Below are positions 27,776 through 32,957 of a stretch of DNA of 32,957 nucleotides, one piece after another. Both the position numbers and the translations under genes were made by a program. The notes under the pieces are model-generated. The model did no database searches and was not told where the DNA came from. It saw only the letters and a list, made by a program, of their open reading frames with translations. This DNA is from a virus (Duplodnaviria; Caudoviricetes): the IMG/VR virus record IMGVR_UViG_3300042556_001602, positions 1 to 32,957 of that record; one strand, 5' to 3'. Every line of letters starts with the position of its first letter. Position 1 is the first letter of the stretch.

Positions 27776-27804
27776 TTGATTTTGTCAGACCCTTGTGTTA
27801 GGAT
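27776..27804 (+). promoter_or_regulatory. dual -35 plus PafBC-type promoter
   Basis: TTGATT-t-TGTCAG-acccttgtgt-TAGGAT. Confidence 0.75.
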
Positions 27805-27835
27805 TTTATCAAAGATAAAAAGTTAGGATATAAAA

Positions 27836-27964
27836 ATGGGTTATATAGAAATAATAGATATGGACGAAAACGGCGTGTCCGTTACAGATATGTCAGACGC
27901 TAATGATATTGTAAGATTAGAAATCATGTTAGCCATGATTAACGAAATGAAAGGTAATAAATAA
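27836..27964 (+). CDS. 42-aa hypothetical protein
   Basis: Manual: MGYIEIIDMDENGVSVTDMSDANDIVRLEIMLAMINEMKGNK; AGGA RBS. Confidence 0.6.
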   Translation: MGYIEIIDMDENGVSVTDMSDANDIVRLEIMLAMINEMKGNK

Positions 27965-28123
27965 ATGAATAAAGATACAATGCTAGATTTAATTCATAGC
28001 GAATTAAGTGCTGAATATGGTGACCCTAAGTTGGCAGACTACGCTCTACTTGGTACACTAAAGTCATTGGTAACACATGACGCTTTAATTGGATATATAA
28101 ATAGAAATGGTTGGAATAAATAA
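27965..28123 (+). CDS. 52-aa hypothetical protein
   Basis: Manual: MNKDTMLDLIHSELSAEYGD...NGWNK; GAAAGG RBS. Confidence 0.65.
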   Translation: MNKDTMLDLIHSELSAEYGDPKLADYALLGTLKSLVTHDALIGYINRNGWNK

Positions 28124-28233
28124 TGAGTCTAGTATGCTATAAATGTGAGGTGGATATTCCTATGAGTACCCCCCCAACTAATGACGAATATGCCCTTTGC
28201 TATGATTGTGCTATGGATAAGGTGGGTGCATAA
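28123..28233 (+). CDS. 36-aa zinc-finger microprotein
   Basis: Manual: MSLVCYKC...LCYDCAMDKVGA; TAATG coupling. Confidence 0.7.
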   Translation: MSLVCYKCEVDIPMSTPPTNDEYALCYDCAMDKVGA

Positions 28234-28361
28234 TGAAAGGTATCAAGTGTTTATTCTGTGATGAATACCAAGTTGTTACATCATCAGAAAAAGATTGGTT
28301 TCTTTGTCTGCCATGTGGGTTAGACTTTGAGTTAATAGTAAAGGAGAAAATAAATGGCTAG
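28233..28361 (+). CDS. 42-aa zinc-finger microprotein
   Basis: Manual: MKGIKCLFC...FLCLPCGLDF... Confidence 0.7.
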   Translation: MKGIKCLFCDEYQVVTSSEKDWFLCLPCGLDFELIVKEKING

Positions 28362-28503
28362 TTGGGCTAAATGCGAAATATGCAATAACGATAAAAAATA
28401 TTTCCAAGTTGTATGTGAGGTGTGTTGGTCAAGAAGAAATCACCCTGCCTACTATGATAAAATAAGCGAAATAGAAAATAGAAAGGACTATCAAAGTGTC
28501 TAA
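28354..28503 (+). CDS. 49-aa zinc-finger microprotein
   Basis: Manual: MASWAKCEIC...VCEVCWSRRNHPAY...; AAGGAG RBS. Confidence 0.7.
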   Translation: MASWAKCEICNNDKKYFQVVCEVCWSRRNHPAYYDKISEIENRKDYQSV

Positions 28504-28741
28504 TTCAACACAACTATGGTATGCAGGAGAAATCACGCAATTTGGTGATATGCAAAAAATCTATGATGATGAAACATTGTGGACTCTTGAAAGTAAAGAC
28601 GGCAAGTGGGCTAGTGTAATTCTTGACGGCGTTGATGTGTACAATGTTAGAGGTGAGGGTGCATGGAACTTAGCAAGAAAAGTTGCAGAATCCTTTTTAC
28701 TTAAAAGAGAACAAGCAGAACAAGAGGGTTGGGTAAAATGA
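28496..28741 (+). CDS. hypothetical protein
   Basis: 81 aa, GTG start, AAAGGA RBS. Confidence 0.7.
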   Translation: MSNSTQLWYAGEITQFGDMQKIYDDETLWTLESKDGKWASVILDGVDVYNVRGEGAWNLARKVAESFLLKREQAEQEGWVK

Positions 28742-28836
28742 AAGCAACATGTGCAGAGTGCAATAAATCATTTGATTTATTTTTTGAGGAAGATGCATCA
28801 GAATTATTAGACGGACACGATTGCATGGCGTACTAA
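28738..28836 (+). CDS. 32-aa zinc-binding microprotein
   Basis: Manual: MKATCAECNKSFDLFFEEDASELLDGHDCMAY. Confidence 0.7.
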   Translation: MKATCAECNKSFDLFFEEDASELLDGHDCMAY

Positions 28837-28943
28837 TGACTACTTGCGATATGTGCAAAATTGATATAAACTATGATGAAGATGGTGGACATATATATCC
28901 AGACGGAAGCGTATTGTGTCCACTTTGCGAGGGAGCAAACTAA
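28836..28943 (+). CDS. 35-aa zinc-finger microprotein
   Basis: Manual: MTTCDMC...LCPLCEGAN; TAATG coupling at both ends. Confidence 0.7.
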   Translation: MTTCDMCKIDINYDEDGGHIYPDGSVLCPLCEGAN

Positions 28944-29131
28944 TGCAAGCACAATGGATAGATTTGCTTAAAACAATTCAAGGCAAACTAAAAACATCTG
29001 GATACCAATTGCAAGAAGTTGCAACTTATTCAGAAACTAACTATAATGAAGAAATAATGAGATTGTCAGAGCATTGTGACAAAATGGTTAGAAATATAGA
29101 CCTACTACTATCAGGAGAAAAAAATGCCTAA
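28943..29131 (+). CDS. hypothetical protein
   Basis: Start MQAQW at 28943 preferred (GGGAG RBS, TAATG). Confidence 0.7.
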   Translation: MQAQWIDLLKTIQGKLKTSGYQLQEVATYSETNYNEEIMRLSEHCDKMVRNIDLLLSGEKNA

Positions 29132-29393
29132 AGAAAAACCAATACATAAAATGGTTGAAGAAGTATTTGATAAAGATGTAACTCATGAGTTAATAGATGA
29201 ATTAGTTGAGGAAAGAACTTTCATTGTCAATACCCTCAAAAAATTTGTTGAACATGATGAACTATGGGTACAACTTGTAGATAACATGGAAGCAAGAAAA
29301 CAATTTTTAGTTAATCTACAAATGTTATTCTTAAACGAAATAGAAAACTCAACACTAATTGAATTAGCAACTACTAAATGGGGTAATGACTAA
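29124..29393 (+). CDS. acidic helical hypothetical protein
   Basis: 89 aa; AGGAG RBS. Confidence 0.75.
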   Translation: MPKEKPIHKMVEEVFDKDVTHELIDELVEERTFIVNTLKKFVEHDELWVQLVDNMEARKQFLVNLQMLFLNEIENSTLIELATTKWGND

Positions 29394-29473
29394 TGAGAAT
29401 ACTTATTGCTACTGGAATTATTTTTTATTTAATTAGTTTATATTTGCAATGGATTGAAAATCCCCTGGACTAA
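29393..29473 (+). CDS. 26-aa single-TM peptide
   Basis: Manual: MRILIATGIIFILISLYLQWIENPLD; TAATG coupling. Confidence 0.55.
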   Translation: MRILIATGIIFYLISLYLQWIENPLD

Positions 29474-29530
29474 AATCGCGCGGTGATCGCGTGCGTGCTG
29501 TTCATTAAGTTAAGAAGAATAGAATAAGGA

Positions 29531-29570
29531 TCCCCGACTTAGGGAAAATGAATTAAACCTAAGCCGAGGA
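29531..29570 (-). terminator. 13-bp hairpin after the 29579 ORF (terminator or stability element)
   Basis: Minus strand TCCTCGGCTTAGG...CCTAAGTCGGGGA with two G-U pairs. Confidence 0.5.
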
Positions 29571-29578
29571 AGTTTTAT

Positions 29579-29776
29579 TTATTTATTTGCAGTTACGAAA
29601 TCACGAATTGCAATTTCATAAGGCACATCAACATTAAACAACTCTTGCACTTTGTTTGGTGAAAGTTTTGCCAATGCTTGTTTAGCAACTTCGATTAGTG
29701 CTTTTTCTGATGTAAAATAACCAGAACTCATTAACTTAGATTGTAAGTCACTAATCACTCTATCTGCTTTAGCCAT
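29579..29776 (-). CDS. hypothetical protein
   Basis: 65 aa; CCCTACTAACAAAGGA leader. Confidence 0.75.
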   Translation of the reverse strand: MAKADRVISDLQSKLMSSGYFTSEKALIEVAKQALAKLSPNKVQELFNVDVPYEIAIRDFVTANK

Positions 29777-29849
29777 TGTTTTCCTTTGTTAGTAGGGTGG
29801 TAGTTTGTTCTCTACTACTACCAAGATTATTTAGTTTTAGTCTACCAAT

Positions 29850-29999
29850 TTATTTGGCAGTTGTCCAGCGTTCTTTACCATTTGGTAATACTAGACGAAC
29901 ACGCAACGAGCCATTTGCGTTTTTTACAACTTCTTGAACAACGCCTGTGACTTTGCTCTTTTTTGTTGTAAATGATTGTCCGATTTCTAATGTCGGCAT
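29850..29999 (-). CDS. 49-aa basic SH3-like microprotein
   Basis: Manual: MPTLEIGQSFTTKKSKVTGVVQEVVKNANGSLRVRLVLPNGKERWTTAK; GAAAGGA RBS. Confidence 0.75.
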   Translation of the reverse strand: MPTLEIGQSFTTKKSKVTGVVQEVVKNANGSLRVRLVLPNGKERWTTAK

Positions 30000-30029
30000 A
30001 ATCGCTTCCTTTCGTTTGTAGTTAATACT

Positions 30030-30058
30030 ACATTAGCACATGGGTCTGACAAGGTCAA
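30030..30058 (-). promoter_or_regulatory. dual -35 plus PafBC-type promoter
   Basis: TTGACC-t-TGTCAG-acccatgtgc-TAATGT. Confidence 0.8.
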
Positions 30059-30068
30059 GCCCTGCTCG

Positions 30069-30084
30069 TGTGATGTTGGTCACA
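30069..30084. promoter_or_regulatory. CRP-family box
   Basis: TGTGA-tgttgg-TCACA between divergent promoters. Confidence 0.7.
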
Positions 30085-30127
30085 AAGACTCGCGCAGCCG
30101 ATGTCCGATTTGTCCCCTTTAAGATCC

Positions 30128-30156
30128 TTGACTTTGTCAGTCGAATATGATAAGTT
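30128..30156 (+). promoter_or_regulatory. dual -35 plus PafBC-type promoter
   Basis: TTGACT-t-TGTCAG-tcgaatatga-TAAGTT. Confidence 0.8.
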
Positions 30157-30162
30157 AATCTT

Positions 30163-30318
30163 ATGAGTAACACATATAAAGATAGAAAAGTAGCACATGT
30201 TCAAGGACTACGCCGTAGCAACGCCTCTGGTACACATAAAAATAAAATAAAAGATAGACAAAAACGCCTATCACATAGTAAGATATGGAAAGACTACTTA
30301 AAGGATGAAAATGAATAA
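30163..30318 (+). CDS. 51-aa basic protein (LRRSNA motif), leaderless
   Basis: Manual: MSNTYKDRKVAHVQGLRRSNASGTHKNK...; ATG lies at the predicted +1. Confidence 0.7.
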   Translation: MSNTYKDRKVAHVQGLRRSNASGTHKNKIKDRQKRLSHSKIWKDYLKDENE

Positions 30319-31033
30319 GTTAAAACGCTCACACGATAGAAAAGTTACTAACCTAGTTAATAATGCTGGTAATGGTAGTTTAATTCAAAATACATTTGGT
30401 CTACCTGCTGGAAAAAATTATTCATGCCCTAGTGCTACATCCATATGTGAGAAAGTATGTTATGCAGGAAAACTAGAAAAATTATACAAGGCAGTCAAGG
30501 CTAATCTATTGCATAATTGGGAATTACTAAAAGACGCTGATAGAATAACTATGTTCGATTTATTATCCGACATGGTAGCAGATTTCAAAAAAGACTGTGT
30601 TAAAAGAAATGCCGAAATGCTATTTCGTATTCACTGGGATGGCGATTTCTTTAATGAGGAATACACACACGCATGGCGTTCAGTTATTGAGGAACAACCT
30701 GACATACAATTTTGGGTATATACAAGAGTAAAGTCTGCTGCTTTAATTCTTAAAGACATTCCTAATCTATCCTTATATTATTCTACCGATAGTGAAAATG
30801 TTGATAATGCTAAAGTGCTATCTATTGACCATGGAATAAAATTAGCATATCTTGCAGATACATTCGCTATGGGTAAAGAGCAATTACTTAATCTAGTTAA
30901 TGCCAAGGGTATTCCATGTCCTGAAAATAATAAGAAAATTCCTCTTATTGACAAAGGTGGTAGTGCATGTGTAAAATGTTCTCAATGTGTAGTTGGAAGG
31001 AATAATATATTGTTCTCTGCGACTAAAAAATGA
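30311..31033 (+). CDS. GP88-like phage protein (Cys-rich, probably metal-binding)
   Basis: FGLPAG..YSCP.AT..C...CYA, FRIHWDGDF, FWVYTR, NLSLYYSTD, C-terminal CP...CxxCxxC. Confidence 0.75.
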   Translation: MNKLKRSHDRKVTNLVNNAGNGSLIQNTFGLPAGKNYSCPSATSICEKVCYAGKLEKLYKAVKANLLHNWELLKDADRITMFDLLSDMVADFKKDCVKRNAEMLFRIHWDGDFFNEEYTHAWRSVIEEQPDIQFWVYTRVKSAALILKDIPNLSLYYSTDSENVDNAKVLSIDHGIKLAYLADTFAMGKEQLLNLVNAKGIPCPENNKKIPLIDKGGSACVKCSQCVVGRNNILFSATKK

Positions 31034-31179
31034 AAATAGTATTTGCTCTAATAATGATAATCCTATTTATATTTATAGTTGTTATTCCATTATTAGGATT
31101 TATTATTGGCATTACCTCAATTATTACTAGTGATAAAGGTCAAGATTGGGAGGGTGCTAAATACTTAGACGGAAGATAA
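31030..31179 (+). CDS. 49-aa membrane peptide
   Basis: Manual: MKIVFALIMIILFIFIVVIPLLGFIIGITS...; ATGA overlap. Confidence 0.6.
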   Translation: MKIVFALIMIILFIFIVVIPLLGFIIGITSIITSDKGQDWEGAKYLDGR

Positions 31180-31212
31180 TTTTTAATCGCCCTGGATCCT
31201 TGGCGGCGCAGT

Positions 31213-31278
31213 TGTGACCAATATCACACCGATTAAGTTAAGAGGGGGCTTGCCCAAATCCCAGACTTATGCTATGTT
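31213..31278 (+). promoter_or_regulatory. CRP box plus promoter TTGCCC-17-TATGTT
   Basis: TGTGA-ccaata-TCACA at 31213-31228; hexamers at 31250-31255 and 31273-31278 (extended TG). Confidence 0.65.
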
Positions 31279-31312
31279 TAGATTGTAAAACCCTACTAAC
31301 AAAGGAAATAAA

Positions 31313-31768
31313 ATGGCAAAAGCAATAAATGTAAAGGTAGCCAGAACTAAGGTTATCAAAGCATTAGAAGTAAAAGTAGAAGAAATGAAAAACCAACAAA
31401 TGAATTATGAGTTGCTATTAAGTAAGCATGAAACAGACTACGCTGATTGGAAAAACAAAGTAGCCCAGATTGCTTATGCTCATCTTGACTCAGTAAAAGA
31501 TAAACAAAAGACTATTTCTGTTAGAAATGCTTGGCATAATGATGACAATATCAGAGTTGATGTTGAAGTAGAAGTTCCAAGAGATAAGATACCAGTAGAA
31601 CCAGAAGCACCTAAGCCACCCTTTCAATCACAAGGATATGGTCGCAACTATATTGGTGGCTTCGAGGATAGACTTGCAGAAATACAAAATGCAATTCGTG
31701 TTCTAAGTATGTCAGATGAGGAAGTAGTCTCAACCTCAACTTACCAATCTGTAAGTAGATACTTATAG
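31313..31768 (+). CDS. hypothetical coiled-coil protein
   Basis: 151 aa; strong RBS. Confidence 0.8.
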   Translation: MAKAINVKVARTKVIKALEVKVEEMKNQQMNYELLLSKHETDYADWKNKVAQIAYAHLDSVKDKQKTISVRNAWHNDDNIRVDVEVEVPRDKIPVEPEAPKPPFQSQGYGRNYIGGFEDRLAEIQNAIRVLSMSDEEVVSTSTYQSVSRYL

Positions 31769-31920
31769 ATTTGGCATAACCATACACATGGATATTAGTT
31801 CCATATACATGGTAGCCAAAGGCAAGGGTCGGGGCTTGCAAATCGCCTAGCCCCCACTCTTGACAACCCCCTGAGCATGGGTATAAACTGCTCACCAACC
31901 CTACTAGAAAAGGAATTCAA

Positions 31921-32358
31921 ATGGGATTAGATATGTATTTAACAGCAAGACAAATGACTTTCAATGGCTGGAAAAATCCAGACCTTTATAATAAACTAGT
32001 TCAAGAGGCACCGTTTGCACTTGATACTGCAACGCTAGAAGTTCAAGTTGCTTATTGGAGAAAAGCAAATCAGATTCATAAATGGTTTGTTGACCACGTC
32101 CAAAATGGTGTTGACAACTGTGAAGAATACTACGTGTCACGAGACCAACTACAATTATTATTAGATACTTGTAAGATTGTATTAATAGATAAAGAAGAGG
32201 CAAAAACTTTATTGCCAAGGCAAGAGGGATTCTTCTTTGGTAACTATGAATATAACGAATACTACTTTAGTGATATTCAAGACACTATAGAACAATTAGA
32301 AAAGGTCTTGACTGAATACCCCGAAGAATGGTCATTCAAATATCAATCTAGTTGGTAG
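31921..32358 (+). CDS. conserved phage protein (MGLDMYL / YWRKANQIH.WF / LP...GFFFG family)
   Basis: Widely seen motif set; function unknown. Confidence 0.85.
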   Translation: MGLDMYLTARQMTFNGWKNPDLYNKLVQEAPFALDTATLEVQVAYWRKANQIHKWFVDHVQNGVDNCEEYYVSRDQLQLLLDTCKIVLIDKEEAKTLLPRQEGFFFGNYEYNEYYFSDIQDTIEQLEKVLTEYPEEWSFKYQSSW

Positions 32359-32523
32359 ACAATAGAATTCTAAATGCCGCTGTGGTTTGAACTGTGTAAT
32401 CACCTAGGTTCCACAACGGTATTTAGAACCTGGACCGCATCCGTAGGGTTTGCGGCTCCAGGATCGCGCAACCGATGTCCGATTTGTTCTTTTAAGAAGA
32501 GTAGAAATATAATCCTGAAATCC

Positions 32524-32552
32524 TTGACATTGTCAGACCTTTAATATAAGAT
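32524..32552 (+). promoter_or_regulatory. dual -35 plus PafBC-type promoter
   Basis: TTGACA-t-TGTCAG-acctttaata-TAAGAT. Confidence 0.8.
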
Positions 32553-32581
32553 ATAAATATCTACAACGAAAGGAAAACCCT

Positions 32582-32957
32582 ATGGCACACGCCTTAGAAG
32601 AAAAAGATGGGCAAGTAGCATTTGCACTTAGAGGTGCACCTGCTTGGCATGGTCTAGCAAACGTGTTGTTCGATAAGGACGAACACATTAACACTAGCAC
32701 AATGTTAGATAGTGCAAAACTATCTAATTGGAATATACAGTTAGAGGAAATTCAAAATCCAGAAAACTATCGTAGTCACAAATCAAATTACTATGTGACA
32801 CGCACTAATCCATTTGACAACGGCACAGACATTTTAGGTGTTGTTGGCGAAAGATACAAAGTTGTTCAAAACGAACAACTATTTGAATTTGGAGATAACC
32901 TATTGCATGGTGGTGCAAGTTGGGAATCTGCTGGTTCAATTAAAAATGGCACAATCG
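32582..32957 (+). CDS. DUF932 / TIGR03299-like phage-plasmid protein (truncated by the window end)
   Basis: Manual: MAHALEE...PAWHGLA...A.L.NW...LGVVGERYKVVQNEQLFEF...WESAGSIKNG; GAAAGGA RBS. Confidence 0.85.
   Translation, partial: MAHALEEKDGQVAFALRGAPAWHGLANVLFDKDEHINTSTMLDSAKLSNWNIQLEEIQNPENYRSHKSNYYVTRTNPFDNGTDILGVVGERYKVVQNEQLFEFGDNLLHGGASWESAGSIKNGTI

Noticed and set aside
30311-31033. Canonical radical SAM enzyme
   Set aside because: Cys spacing is Cx6Cx3C rather than CxxxCxxC, so only the GP88-like call is retained.
24392-32218. Track ORFs 24392, 24455, 27629, 31611 and 31961 (also 1529)
   Set aside because: They overlap better-supported genes or run through promoter and regulatory DNA.
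1-32957. Stop-codon reassignment explaining the many micro-ORFs
   Set aside because: Long genes end cleanly at TAA, TAG and TGA. The micro-ORFs mostly change frame through TAATG/ATGA overlaps and many have their own RBS.

Overview
AT-rich segment of a tailed dsDNA phage, most likely infecting a freshwater-type actinobacterium. Host clues are an SLT lysozyme-like gene, a GP88-like gene, an actinobacterial 'DRCDRC' zinc ribbon, leaderless genes and actinobacterial promoter motifs. Positions 1017-24570 are a minus-strand late/structural block of modular tail-fibre, adaptor and head genes. It includes three 7-bladed beta-propeller paralogues built from 21 near-identical ~120-bp repeats and three glycosyltransferases. 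Positions ~24.85-25.6 kb are non-coding, with a promoter-driven structured RNA candidate. Positions 25.6-33 kb are a divergently transcribed early region with many micro-ORFs, at least seven of them tiny zinc fingers. The strongest unexplained signals are in this early region. (1) Three copies of a two-fold-symmetric stem-loop in which an almost invariant 16-mer (UGAGCCUAGCAAAUAA) sits on both sides of an 18x18 internal loop between sequence-variable stems. (2) Eight exact TGTCRG-N10-TAnnnT promoters matching the PafBC/RecA-NDp DNA-damage motif, together with perfect CRP boxes, GACAC boxes and BldC-like direct repeats. All family calls are by eye from motifs; no searches were run.
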